Positions 25,340-39,848 are shown, counted from the stretch's first letter. The stretch: DNA of 64,000 nucleotides from the human T2T-CHM13v2.0 reference genome, Homo sapiens (GCF_009914755.1 NC_060941.1); one strand, 5' to 3'. Translations and numbers: made by a program. The notes: a model not told the origin generated them from the letters alone.

Positions 25340-25792
25340 CTCTTGAAAACATGTTCCCACTGAAACGTGCACACAAACGTTCTTAGCAGCATCATTCATT
25401 ATAGCCAAGAAGAGGAAACAACCCAAATGTTCACTGACTGATGAATAAACAAAACCTGCTCCATCCACACAATGCGACATTCACACGTGAGGAATGCCGC
25501 ACCGTGGTGAACACCAGAAACAGCAAGTTCAGTGAAAGAAGCCCGTCATAAATAACTCCATTCATGGAAGTGTCCAGAATAGGCAAATTCGTAGAAATAG
25601 AAAGTAGATGAGCGGTTGCTTAGGTCTGGAAGGGATGGGGAGCATCCTGTCAGGATGCCGAAAATGTTCTGCAATTGACTGGATAATGGCTTCACGGCTC
25701 TGTGAATATGCTACCAACCGCTGAATTGTACACTTCAGTGGTGAATTGTTTGAAATGCAAATGACGTCTCACTAAAGCTCTTATTAAGAAAT
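25340..25792 (+). mobile_element. L1MB-like 3' end
   Basis: gcagcatcattcattatagccaagaagaggaaacaacccaaatgttc...gaattgtacacttcagtggtgaattg. Confidence 0.8.
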
Positions 25793-26341
25793 ACATGAGT
25801 TGATGGCAGATGGCTATCAGGATTATGAGGGTGACATCTCAGGGGAGGAGCTGTGTGTGTGGAGGTGCTAGAACTGCACAGGACATCAGCCATTAAAGGG
25901 TCCTCTGATCTAAAAATAGGAATTGTGATCTGAGTAATTAATGAGACACTGGCTGTCCTGAATTTGCAGCTAGTAAAAAAGTTGTGAGTCAGGAACAAGC
26001 TTGGTTTTTCCATAACAGGATTTTGGCTGCTGTATAAGAGAATTGGCTGGAAGAAGCACCATTCACAAGCACTTACTGTCAAGAAGCAAGAAGCACAAAG
26101 CACTTATCATCAAGTAAGAAGGACAGGACTCCCAGTAAGGGGGTAGCAGAGAGATGTTGGCAACTGGACAGATGCACAATACACTTGGGAGGCGACACTG
26201 ACAGAACATGTCTCTGGGGACATGCAAGAAGAATTAGGTAAAAGCATAGGTTATATCAGGGTATGTCAAAAACAGTGACAGGAGCAAATAAATAATCTAA
26301 ATTGAGGAATGCTGATTTGAGAATTCTCAGACATGGATTAC

Positions 26342-26943
26342 TGATGGAAAAGCCAAACTCTGTAAAATATTTGAAAGAGGTTTACTGTGAGTGAATGAGT
26401 GACCGTGGCCTAGGGAAACAGTCTCAGAGGGCCTGAGGAAGCGTTCCCGAAGCGGTCAGGTTACAGTTTGGTTGTATACATTTTAAGGAGGAAAGAGTTC
26501 TAGGCAAAGACATAAGTCAACCCACGCATGGACGGTATACATTGGTGTGACCTGAATAGGTGGGACATCTTGAAGCAGGGGTTTAAAGGTCATAGATGGA
26601 TTCAGAGATTCTCTGATTTGCAGTTGGTTAAAGGAGTGAGCTCTGTCTAAAATTTGATGTCAGGAGAAAGGCATGTTTTAAGTTAAGGATGCTATGTAGC
26701 AAGGTTGATGGCCTGCAGGCCTGAATAAACCCTTGCCTGGCATGGCCTTAGGTCTTGTTTATAATTTGGTCTTTTATTGACACAGAATCTGCCTTGTCAG
26801 TCTTAAGATCTCTAATGTTAATGTTGGAGAGTTGCACCTAAACTCCAAAAGGGAAGGAGTGTAACAAGGCTTGGGATCCCCTTGGTCAAGAGGGGGTCTG
26901 TTCAGTCAATGGGTGCGGCTTAGGATTTTATTTTTAGTTCATA
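26342..26943 (-). mobile_element. MER4-family LTR
   Basis: gccaaactctgtaaaatatttgaaagagg (shared with 12940-12968) ... ggcttaggattttattttt. Confidence 0.82.
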
Positions 26944-26988
26944 GGATGGATCAGATTGTTTTTCTTTTGTGATTACAAATAAGGCTGA

Positions 26989-27300
26989 GGCCAAGCATAG
27001 TGGCTCATGCCTGTAATCTCAACACTTTGAGGGTTGAGGTGGGAGGATCGTGTGAGCCCAGGAATTCAAGACCAGCCTGGGCAATATAGGGGGACCTCGT
27101 CGCTACAAAAAATAAAAAAAATAAAAATTAGCTGGGCATAGGAGCCCACTCACGTGGTCCCAGCTGCTCAGAAGGCTGAAGCAGGAGAATCACTGGAGCC
27201 CAGGATTTCAAGGCTGCAGTGAGCCATCGTTGTGCCACTGCACTCCAGCCTAGGCAACAGAGTGAGACTGTCTCAAAAAATAATAAATAAATAAGCAAAT
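26989..27300 (+). mobile_element. AluJ-type element
   Basis: Full Alu. TSD aaataaggctga at 26977-26988 and 27301-27312. Confidence 0.94.
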
Positions 27301-27460
27301 AAATAAGGCTGAAATGAACAGCCTCATCCATATCTTTTCATGAACACCCACCAACTTTTCCCTCCGAATAGCTTTCTAAAGCTTTCGAATAGCTTATTTT
27401 TAAGTCATGCAATGACTTGACAAATTGCGTGTTAGGAAGCCTGTTACGAATTTAGACTCC

Positions 27461-28262
27461 TGTGCTATTTTGAAATAGATATTTGGTCTTCATCCCCATC
27501 CCCACTTCCTGGCAAAAAGCTCCTAAAACCCTTGGAATCTGCAGAGTACTAAGAGTGTCATTTGTGTGCTAATGAAATGACTGGTGGCTGGGGACCCTAG
27601 ACAGCTTCAGGATGGGGGCTGGCCACCAGAAAGACAGAGGTGGGATTAGGGGGTTGGGACTTTCACCTCACTTGCCAACATCTGGGGAGAGGAGAGGGAC
27701 TGAAGGTTGAGCTGATCACCAATTGCCAATGATATGGTCGATCGATCATGCCTCTGTAATGCCGCCTCAGTGAAAACCCGCAAGGACAGGGTTTGAAGAG
27801 CTCCCAGATACCTGAATACATGGAGCCTGGAGGGCGGTGTGTCTGGAGCAGGTGTGGGAGCTCTAAGCCCCTTCCCAGATGCCTCACCCTGTGCACCTCT
27901 TCCATCTGCCTCTTCATTTTCATCCTTTGAAATATCCCTTGTAATAAATGAATAAGTGTAAGTAAAGTGTTTCCCTGAGCTCTGTGAGCCACTGTAGCAA
28001 ATTAATCAAACCTGAGGAGGGGATACTGGGAATCCTGATTTGCAGCCAGTTGGGCAGAAGAGCAGGTCACAACCTACTACTTGTGACTGACATCTGAAGC
28101 GGGGACAGTCTGGTGGGACTGAGCCCTTAACCTGTGAGGTCTGACACTGTCCAGGTAGAGAGTTTCAGAATGGAATTGAATTAGGAGACACTCAGCTGTT
28201 ATCTGCTGAAGGAGTGGTTGATGTGGAGAAGTCTCTACACATTTTAGTGACCGGTGATCAGA
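27461..28262 (+). mobile_element. MER21-family LTR
   Basis: gctcctaaaacccttggaatct...aataaatgaataagtgtaagtaaagtgtttccctgag. Confidence 0.8.
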
Positions 28263-28268
28263 GAAACA

Positions 28269-28822
28269 CAATTATCCTTTGGTATCTTCAAATGGATTGG
28301 TCCCAAAACTCCTCCCCTGGAAGGGTTTTGGTGATTTGGACACCAAAATTACTGGCTGCTCAAGTCCCTTATATAGGAAAGTATAGTATTTGCATATAAC
28401 CTACACACATCCTCCACATGCTTTAAATCAGATGTGTCCAATCTTTTGGTTTTCCTGGGCCACATTGGAAGGAGAATTGTCTTGGGCCATACATAAAATA
28501 TACTAACACTAACAATAGCTGATGAGCTTTAAAAAATCACACACACAAAAAAATCATATGTTTTAAGAAAGTTTACGAATTTGTGTTGGAGGGTAGGCCA
28601 CAGATTGGACAAGTTGCTTTAAATCACCTCTAGATTACTTATATCTAATACAATGTAAATACTATGTAAATAGTTGTTATATTGTATTGTTCAGAGAATA
28701 ATGGCAAGAAAAAAGTCTGTATGTTTAGTACAGACACAATCATTCTTTTTTTCAAATGTTTTTGAATCGAGGTTGGCTGAATCCATGGATGCAGAACCCA
28801 TGGATATGAAGGAGTGACTGTA
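28269..28822. mobile_element. MER2-like Tigger (TcMar) element, split by MER30
   Basis: gctcaagtcccttatata...gcatataacctacacacatcctcc and gaatccatggatgcagaacccatggatatg...gactgta. Confidence 0.8.
28429..28616. mobile_element. MER30 hAT-Charlie MITE
   Basis: TIR-like ends cagatgtgtccaatc / gattggacaagttg; perfect 8-bp TSD CTTTAAAT at 28421-28428 and 28617-28624. Confidence 0.88.
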
Positions 28823-28849
28823 TTCTGTGTGGAATTTATGCTGAATGGG

Positions 28850-29400
28850 TTGGCAGAACATACATATTCAATAAGCTATAGGAGGAGCAATGAATATTTA
28901 TGAAAGGAGAAACGTGAATGTGTCATTGAGTTTCATGACTCTTCATGGGTCATGTGTTCATGGGAGGGTGTAGTTTTTAGCCTCTGACATCAAAAGGCGA
29001 AGGAGGGGCCAAAAACCACTCACTGTGCATCCTCTGTGAGCCAGCCAAAACTGGTCCAGAGGCAGTGGTCCATTTTAGGAAGGATGCACTGTGAAGCTGG
29101 TGACTGTCACTCCAAAACTGCAAAGAGGTAGGGCGAGTCCAGCCACGGCCTCAGATGATTGGCTAAAGATGATAAAGGAAGGAGTCCTGTGTTTCTTGTT
29201 TACCAGAGCTGGTTTCTGCTTACTCCTTAGGAAAGAGTTCTGGCTAAAGGTTAATATGGAAGGGACATGCTGAAGTCTGTCTGACCTTGCATCCCGTCCT
29301 GGCCAGGAGCTCAGTTTTTAAGATTTCTCTGGGGTCCCTTTGGCCAAGAGAGTGTTCTATCAGTCAGTTGGGGAAACTTATGATTTAAACTTTATTCCTT
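28850..29400 (-). mobile_element. MER4-group LTR (MER65-like)
   Basis: ggggtccctttggccaagagag...cagtcagttgggg terminal block related to the other MER4-group LTRs here. Confidence 0.65.
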
Positions 29401-32400
29401 GGGTCAGTTTAATAGACCTTGCAACTTTAAAATAAGCATTATCAGGTCTAAGAACTCAGTGTGTGAGCACCACTCAAGCATCACAACCTGCTGCCAAGAT
29501 GCTAAATGTTGTAAGAAAATTAATAACTTAAAGGCAAAAACTGACCTCCATGAAGATGAAAAGTCTGATGGCACTGTAACTCTAGAGAAAGGAGCATGTG
29601 TCCCCATTGAGGGGAAGGCAGCGTCCATTTCAGGGCACACTGCAGGCATGTCAGGGTGTTTCAGGAGTCTGCCAGGTGTCCTGTCTTGTCACTCGAGACT
29701 CCAGCCCAGGGACAGACAGAAAACCAGAAGACAGCACCTCCTGGCCAGGATCCCAGCATCCATTTGAGGGAGACAAGATGAGAAGGGACAATATTGTTGT
29801 AGCAAAAATAATAGGTTCTCCACTTCCTTACATAGGAGGAAATTCCCACACCTTGATAGGAGGCAGTTCCCCTTCCTGCCCACCTTGGCACAGGCGGTCA
29901 CACTCCCCACCTGTATGTTGAGGGACTGTGCAAGAGGGCAGCACTGTCTGAGTTGGGACATCCACAACCCCCTGCTCCTGCCCACCCTTGGCTTGAGTGC
30001 TGGCGACGGCAACGTCCCCTCTCAGCCCTGGCCTGAGGTCCTCCACCCTTCTTCAGTTCTCTCTCTCAGGCCTCCATCATCCCACAGCTTTTCTTCCAAT
30101 CTCTCCTCTTTTTTCTTTTTGATGACGTTTCAAAAGAGTCAGCATTTTGGAAGACAACTGTAGACTTGCTTTCAAATGCAGAGCATCAGAGAGCCATGGT
30201 CTGCCCACAGGTGGCCTGCAGCAGGGCAGAGCTGTGCCTCTGATGGCCAAGGGGGAGGTCACACTTGCTGCCTCTGTCCTCCTTAATGCTCCTGTGACAC
30301 AATTAGAACAAAGCCTGACTGCCGTGATGAAGAAGAGGTGAACTCATGCTGGTGGGTGTCTTGTCCAGAGCACGTCAGCCACCCCGTGAGTTGGCAGAGC
30401 CAATGGGCAGACACACAGGATGAGGTTACAGGAAGATGCTCTCCTGCAGCAGATCCAAGGAGACAGAGACCCCAGCAGATGGCCCGAGAAGCTCCCACCT
30501 GCACCTCCAGCATCAACAGGCAGACAGAGAACTCCTGTTAGAGGGGATGAGGCAAGTCTGGGACCCTTAGAAGACTGCAGGAAGAGCTGCAGATGGTGCG
30601 AAGCAGGTTCACTAATGACCAGTCCAAGGGAGGCCTCCCATTGCATGGAGAGCAGCAGAGACCATCGCTGCCCCTCCCACAAGGAGTAGTTGGTCTGGAA
30701 TATTTGCTACTTACACCTTATGAATCTCCCAGTTACTCGTTGGTGTGCTTTTAACTAACATGAGAAGCAGGGACTGGGCTGTTTGTTGAGTATTATGTCT
30801 TGATATTTTTTAGTTCAGTTGTACATGTTAGTAACAAGGGTAGGGGTGCAGGGTGTCCTCATGCATGGCTGCTATAAAGGTCATGAGCAATCAAAAATAG
30901 AAATAACTATTTCCATTAATTAGGATATTATTGTAGGATGAAGGTGGAGAATGTATGCTCTGAACATGAAAAAGAGGGCTTGGATCACAGCTCTGCCTTC
31001 TGATATTTTGTTTGTTTGTTTGGAGCAGGTGCTTGATCCTTTAGGTAGAAAGCAAGCTTAGTGAAGTTAAGTGATTGTCCAAAATCATGCTGCTTCTTAC
31101 CAGTTGGCTAGAATTCAAACCCGAGCTGACTTAAATAAGAGCCCAAATTTACACTGGTTATGTGGGAGAGGGGTTGCTTTTGTTTATTTCTCATTACTGT
31201 GAAAAGACATCTTATACTCAGTAGAGGATATAGAGTCTATTTTTATACTCTAAAAATTATAATGACATGCACATGCATGTACCATCACCCACTGGAGACA
31301 TGCACCGGTCCACCTGCCTTTGCAGCTCTCATTTCACATTCCAGCCGCCTGCTACACTCACGTCAGCGGTGCATAGAAGAACTTCGGTTATTTCTCGTGT
31401 GAGAGTTCACCTTTTGCAAAGGCTGACAGGAAGTGGATGATGAAGAACTGAGTTTTATGTAAAGGAGAGGGAGAGGTAATTGATGGATCATGGCTGAGTG
31501 CACCGCAGGGAGGAAGGATGGAGGGCACGGGTGGAGGGGAAGGTCATCATGGCAGAGACGGGGACATCTCAGATGAGATGCCCAGAGGTGTAACAACTCT
31601 GATAGGAAGCTGTGCTGTGTGCCACATGCCTCTGCAGGCTGCAGACCAGTTTGGATCTTACTGGTCTATGTATCAAGATATGGAGTGAGCTTACCCTCTC
31701 CAGACTGCAATTCCTGTGAGTTTCTCTCTTCTCCTTGGAATCTGAGTTTGTTGGTTCCAGAGTAGCTTTCCAGCTGGGGATCTGGGGTGAGATTTCACCA
31801 GCCAAAGGCTGTTGGAAGGCAAATCAGGATGTTGGGTATGGGCTGGGCTAACTGCAGGGCTGGACTGAGCACTGGACCCTCAGGGTGTCACCCCTGGGGC
31901 AGGGTGGGCTTTGGGAAGAACACAGCCCTGGCAGGTGCCCACCTCTGCCTAGTTTGTGCTGGTTGCTATGGGAGTGAAGGGGCCGCCAAGTGGTAGCTCC
32001 AGGTGGGGCTGGCCCTCCAAATTCCAGGCCTATAATTTATCTGGCACATATAACCCCTCATTTGAGGCTTAATTTGTTTCCAAAGCCTTGAGTTTGAGAG
32101 ATCTTACAAAACTTTTATTTTATTGTCATCATATTGTGACAAGTGAAGACATACTCCAACAAAAAATTGAGGATAAACTCCAGTTTGATGAGTTTTTCCT
32201 CCTTTTGGTGTGTTGATATCAAGGACGCTGTTAGACATAAGGATTAATATCAGGTCTGCTTTTCAGACACTGACGCAGCCAGGAGAAGGGGGACATGGCC
32301 TCCACAGAGTTGCAGGTGGAGCTTGCCTTGCAGCAAGGAATCCCAGGCCAAACTAAGCAGGGCAAGCAGCACCATTGAGTGTCCCACTGCGTGATTGGTT

Positions 32401-32693
32401 TCATGTGTTGAAGAATCTACAGCCTGGAAAACAAGTGGCAGAAATCTGAATGGCAGCATGGTCACAGACACTGGCTGGCTGAGGACTTCGAGACTGTTGT
32501 GGTACTTTCTCAAGGCTTCTGTTCCCTTACTCATCAATTAGAGTTGACAATGGACACTGATCCCTGTCTCTCCTGTGGATTCACTGCTACCTGGAGTCAG
32601 GAGAAGGGAGCGGGAAGCAGTCAAATCCTTTAGGGCCTTAGTTCTTGTGGACCAACATGTTAACAAGTGCAGCTGTCCCAAGCTCTTTGTTAC

Positions 32694-33144
32694 TGTGGTA
32701 GGCAGAGCAATGCCCCTCAAAAGCTGTTCCCATCCCAGGCCATGAAACCAGCGACCATGTTACATATGTGGCAATGAGGATATGCCCCTGCATTGAGGTG
32801 CGGCTCTGGAGATGTCCTGTATTTCACAGGTGGGCCCAAGATGATCACAAAGTTCCTAACCAGGGAGGCAGGAGGGCCAGGTCATAGAAAGAGAGGTGGG
32901 CGTGGAAGCAGAGGTTGGAGTGATGTGGCTGTGAGCTGGAGAATGTGGACAGCTTCTAGAAGCTGAGATGGTGAGGAACAGTCTCCCCAGGAGCCCCCAG
33001 AAAGGAGCACAGCCCTGCAGACAATGTGACTTTAGCCAGACAGACCCATTTGGGATTTCTCGCCTCCAGAAATGTAGCACAAACATGTGTGGTTTTAAGC
33101 CAGTTTGTGGTATTCAGCCACAGCAGCAATGAGAAACAGACATA
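32694..33144 (+). mobile_element. MLT1-family MaLR LTR
   Basis: tgtggtaggcagagcaatgcccc ... ttaagccagtttgtggtatt...cagcagcaatgagaaac. Confidence 0.85.
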
Positions 33145-33242
33145 ACTTCCGTGTGATTCCTTGACAGGCCACGTGGCTCAGGACTCCTGACTCCTTCCTG
33201 GCTTTGCTTGCTTGACTGCAAGACACAGTAGGGCTAGACACC

Positions 33243-33473
33243 TGCTGCGGTCTGAGTGTGGCCCCCAAAAGCATGTGTTGGAAACTTGGTCCCCAGTGCA
33301 ACAGCATTAAGAGGTGGGACCTTTTATTTTTTAAAATAAAAAGGTTCCATGAGGAAGAGCTGAAGTAGGTGGAATCTTTAAGAAGACGTGATTAGGCCAT
33401 TAAAACTCTACCCTCGTGAATGGATCAATGCCCTTATCTCGGGAGTGGGTTAGTTATCATGGTAGTGAGTACC

Positions 33474-33506
<33 letters not shown>

Positions 33507-33690
33507 TCTCTCCCTCCCCCTCTCTTTGACCTTCCACCACGGGATGATGCAGCAAGAAAGCCTTCCCTTACCAGATGTCAGCATCTTAATACTGGACCTA
33601 CAGGTCTCAAGAACTGTGAGACATAAATTTCTTTATAAATTACCCCATCAGTGTGGTACTCTGTTGTAGTAATACAAAATGGACTAGACA
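33243..33690 (+). mobile_element. MST-family MaLR LTR
   Basis: cccccaaaagcatgtgttggaaactt ... ataaattacccc...aaaatggactagaca; near 5-bp TSD acacc/acaca. Confidence 0.85.
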
Positions 33691-36492
33691 ACACATAATG
33701 TTTTATAAATAAATTGTATTTGTGGGATGCTTTTGTCTTTCTAATCTCTCCAACAAAAGACAACTTTTGCAGGCCCACTTCTGTTTGCAGGCCCTCTGAA
33801 AAGCCATCTCAAAATATGCCAAAGTATCCTTTTTCTTTTTTTCCAGAGTCCTTTTTTCCAATGCACCAAAGTATATTTTGAGATAAAATATCTTTGGTTT
33901 TCTCCGCTCCCCACTTTGAAACTTCAAATGTTTCACATATAAAAAGGCAAGTTGATCCCTTTGGAGAGATTTAGGTTAGAGTTTGTTAAATAAGAGACAG
34001 GCAAAGAAGAGAAATGACAAATTTGAATGAGCAGAAAAGAACAAATTTAAATATTTTGTCTCAGATCTTGGGACATTTCTATGGAAACAGAAGAAAAACA
34101 AAGGTTAATGTCTGGAATAGTGTATGGACTAGTTTTTCCAGAGTCGCTGAAGCATCTTCAAATTGTAGTGGTAATCTGACAGATTTTTCTGGGTATTAGT
34201 TGGAATCAGGTGTTCCAGCAAACTTTCTGAGTAGTCTATACATCAACAGGTACAAAGGCTGTTTACATGTAAAGTTGCTACAGTGATTTCTCCTAAAGTT
34301 TATATCAAGTTTTCTAGCATCAATTTGCAGGGCTTTAAGAAAAGCACAGTTTTTTTATTTCTAGTGATTCCAAGTCAGAAAAATGTGAGAAAATGTGAGA
34401 ACATTAGCTTGGAGACTTGTAGCCAGAAAAGAATTCAGAATTCAGTCCCAGTTGTAGACAAATAATAAAAACTGAAAAACAATGGACAGGGCTAGAGTAG
34501 AATAGTGGGTATACTATAGTTTTCTTCTGAAACATAACTTTTCTCTCCCCAGTTCCCCATTTCTAACAAAGACAAATCACAATAGGACCAATTTATTTGC
34601 AAAATAAGTTTTCATTTTGTTATAATTGGCCTGATTGTTTGAATAAAGTACAGAAAAGGTGGTGATTGGCCATTCTTTTAAGTTGGCCTTGCTGGAACTT
34701 TTTCATAAGGAATTTCAGATTAGACTTTTAAAATCCTCTAAAGTCTAGGAAACCAAGCCAAGTGTTTGCCATCAGACTGTGCCTGTAATGCCTGTAGAAA
34801 TTCGGTGAATTCCTCTCCTCTTGAGGTCCCAATATATCTTGAGGTTCTTGGGCCCTTCAGAAAGTGACATTCTATACTTACTCCAAGGTACAGAACCTTG
34901 TAAGGGAACTGTGTAGACAAGATACCTGGCCAGTCTTTCTGCAAGGATTTTTATTAGATCTATAAAATCAACTTTAGTTCTGCTGAATAGGCTCATCATA
35001 TCTGAAAATATGCCATTCTTGTCAAAACCTTGGTAAAATAACCAGTGTCTCAATTTTGTCCTGTTATTTAAAAAAAAAAACCAATTCTCACTGAGCTTAT
35101 GCAAAGAACTATATTGACATAAATTAAAAATACTTACAAATAATTTCCAAATTCTAGAGAAATCTGATAGAGAGATAAATGTTTCAATTTTGTTCAATTG
35201 TTAAAAGCTATAGATGGCTTAAGAGAAAAAAGTTTTCTTGATTCTGGAAATCAAAGCATAGAAAGAATCCACAATGATTCAAACCAAAGAGTCAAAAAAA
35301 AGTTTTCAGTCCTCTATCAGTTCAGTCCCATGTAATTAACTCTTGTTCTGCTTGATATTGGGTTAGCAATCTTCAGGAACCCATCACCTTTTCTTATCAG
35401 AGTTCTGGAAGTTTTTGCCTATTCCAACGGTATGATATCCAAACTTACCATAAATCTGTATCCAAGAGTACTTGTCAAGGACTTTTTGGTAAATTTCCTT
35501 AAAGAAGAAGCAAGCTTTCGACTATAGTAAATCATAAACTGCTTTCTGAGAAGAGTCAAAGTAGAACAAAAATTATCTGTGGATGACAAAAGACTTAAAA
35601 TAACCAGGGTTAGAGAAACAATTGACAAGGAAATTTGGTTATTTATGTGACATTCAGCAATTTAATATAATAATCATAATTATTACTGATAACACATATG
35701 AAGACATATCAGAATTTTAGTAACCCCATTCCATTTAGGAACACATATTAATAACACATTTTTATAACTACAACTCAAAGACATTTAAATACAATTTTTT
35801 TATGTGGCCAGTCTTTCCATATGATTTTTGCATACCAAATAAGACTAATATGTCCCTCTTGGACTTCCAGGAGTTCTTCATGAAAATACTTACTTTTATA
35901 ATTTGAAATTAGATTTTTGGAAGTTTTCCAAATATCAACAGTTTAAAACACTTGATAAAAAAAACAGGATGAATCACAAGCAACTATAAAGTAATGGTCA
36001 TTCATTAGTGATGATTACCCCAAGTGATAAAGATTTTAAAAACCAAAAACTTTTACTCCTTGATAGAAAGGAGACTCTGTTTCCCAAATAATCAAAAGAC
36101 CTAATGAAGACAGCATGAAGCAAACAAAATCCATCTCTCCCCTCTTTTTTGTGCAGTTTACTTACAAGGAAAACAAAAATCATTTGCTATCTCTTATTAA
36201 TACTACATGAAAATAGTGTTTAAAAGAGAAAACCAAATTCTACCTTTGCAACAGTGTATTAATGCTAAAGCTAATTTTAATAAAATCTTATAAACAGATC
36301 CCTTCAATCTCAGTTTTGATCACATAAAATAAGATTTTCATAAACCTTTTATAACTTCTTGCATTTTTTCTATTTTTTTCCCCAGCTGTCCATTCAGTTG
36401 TATGACTTTAAAACACCTAACAGAGAGAATAAAAATCTACCTAATTAGACCCAGGCAAAAAATGTCTAAATTAAATTCTGAAGATGTTTCTG

Positions 36493-37096
36493 TTTTATTT
36501 ACTTTTCTTTTTATTTATTTATTTATTTTTAGAGACAGGGCCTCATTTTGTTACCCAGGCTTGAGTACAGTGGTGCAATCATAGCTCACTGCAGCCTCCA
36601 ACTCCTGGGTTGTAGCTGAGATGACAGGCATGCACCACCACAACCAGTTAATTTTTTTTTTTTTTTGAGGCGGAGTTTCACTCTGTCACCCAGGCTGGAG
36701 TGCAATGGCATGATCTCAGCTCACCGCAACCTCCACCTCCCAGGTTAAAATGATTCTCCTGCCTCAGCCTCCCTAGTAGCTGGGATTACATGCATGTGCC
36801 ACCATGCCCGGCTAATTTTGTATTTTTAGTAGAGATGGGGTTTCTCCATGTTGGTCAGGCTGGTCTCGAACTCCTGACCTCAGGTGATCTGCCCACCTCG
36901 GCCTCCCAAAGTGCTGGGATTACAGGCATGAGCCACCGTGCCAGGCCTACAACCAGCTAATTTTTAAAATTTGTTTTTAGAGATTGAGGTCTTGCTATTT
37001 TGCCCAGGCTGGTCTCAAACTCCTGGGCTCATGTGATCCTCCTGCCTCAGCCACCTAAAGTGCTGGGATTACAGATGTAAGCCACCATGTCTTGCC
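36493..37096 (-). mobile_element. AluJ split by a nested AluSp-type element (36652-36947)
   Basis: Inner TSD acaaccagYtaatt at ~36640 and ~36949, in the mid A-rich linker of the outer Alu; Sp-type gcaatggc, tcaccgcaacc, tttctccatgttggtcagg. Confidence 0.92.
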
Positions 37097-37140
37097 CTTC
37101 TATTTTACTGTAGCAATAACTTAAAAACTATCTTTATGAC

Positions 37141-37735
<595 letters not shown>

Positions 37736-37968
37736 TTGGATCTTTTTTTTTTTTTAAAAAAGGTACCCCCTCAAGTGGCTCACCAAAACCAGTAAGGCTT
37801 AATCAAGATTATGACTTAACCAAGGACACATGAGGCATCTCCAGAGAGGTGCACAGCAGTCCTCACCAGATCCAGAACCACCTCAAAGAGAGCTCAAAGA
37901 AGGGAAAGTTTTGCTAGCCACAAATGGGGTATGACCCACATCTGCCAGCCATATCTTCCAGGGTCTCA

Positions 37969-38502
<534 letters not shown>

Positions 38503-38996
38503 TTGACTGCAAGGTGGAGTGGCTGGCACTGCAGATTCCACAAGGGACCCAGGGCAGGCATTTGGAGCATATGAAGGATTTTAGCTTTGTTTCAGGTCAG
38601 ACTTTTGCTCTTTAATCTCATCAAGAGGATTTCTAAGGCAAGCCATGACACTATGATGTGTCTTTTAATTTAATCTTCCAATGAATATAAATAAGGCAGT
38701 TGTTTAGAATAAGAAATCTTTAAACTATTTTTTGTAATTTAGAGGTCTTTTCAACTTAAAGAATCCATCTTTTGGCCGCTAATGACTAGAATTTCCAATA
38801 ATGTTCTTATTCTAACATCAATTCCATCCCACAGCCTCTTCATGGAAAGCCCCGGATGTGGTTTTCTAGGCTTAGAGTAGGTTATTACCATTTAAGAAAG
38901 ACTTGTTTCCTGAAGAGGGCATAGAATAGGCAGTTCCAAAGATTCCTCCAGTAAAATTCACTCCTGGAAACAGGCTCAGATAGCAAGAGACTTCTT

Positions 38997-39422
38997 TTTT
39001 ATTTTAACTCACAGTTTTTATTGATTGAAGTAATAAAATAAAAATTAGCACCTTAGTTCCTATTTCTTGTCTATTGTTTTTCTTTCTTTTTAAAATTTAA
39101 TTTTATTTAATTTAGTTGTAAGTTCCAGGATACATGTGCAGGACATGCAGGTTTGTTACATAGGTAAACATGTGCCATGGCGGTTTGCTGCACCTATCAA
39201 CCCACCACCTAGGTATCAAGCCCCACATGCATTAGCTATTTATCCTAATACTCTCCCTCCCCACCACCAACAGGCCCCAGTGTGTGTTGTTCCCCTCCCT
39301 GTGTCCATGTGCTCTCATTGTTCAGCTCTCACTTATAAATGAGAACATGTGGTGTTTTGCTTTCTGTTCCTCTGTTAGTTTGCTGAGGATAATGGCTTCC
39401 AGCTCCATCCATGTCCCTGCAA
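38997..39422 (-). mobile_element. 5'-truncated L1PA 3' end with an extra downstream tail
   Basis: L1PA 3' UTR at ~39095-39422; near-TSD agcaagagacttctt (38982-38996) / agcaacagactctt (39423-39436). Confidence 0.85.
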
Positions 39423-39848
39423 AGCAACAGACTCTTGTTGCCACACATGGTTAGGATGGTGTTTGTGTGCACAGTGCCTCTGGTGACCCACACATTTCTG
39501 GGGACACCCATCACAGACCCCTTAATTCATGACACTGGACAGCTCTCCTAGGATGGAACTTTCCCAGGACTAACCAGGCAACAAGGGCCAGACCACAAAA
39601 ATTCCTTATGGATGGGACTTCTTATTAAGACAAACATTCCCAACAGCTGGACACATTCAGAACAAAAAGTTTGCTGCCTAAAACCTTGTATCTCAGGTTC
39701 CCAGGCATCTTCAGGCTAAACACCTGATGGGACCCAAAAATCACACCCCAGATGGCGGAAACAAGAGACAGTGCTCCCACTTGTCACAAGTCAAACACTC
39801 CAGGGCATAAAACAAGATGAGAGGGGTCCTCATCTGGCTTCTATTTTG

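Noticed and set aside
31435-31452. Box C (GATGATGA) / box D (CTGA) motifs suggesting a snoRNA
   Set aside because: The boxes are only a few nucleotides apart, with no terminal stem or proper length.
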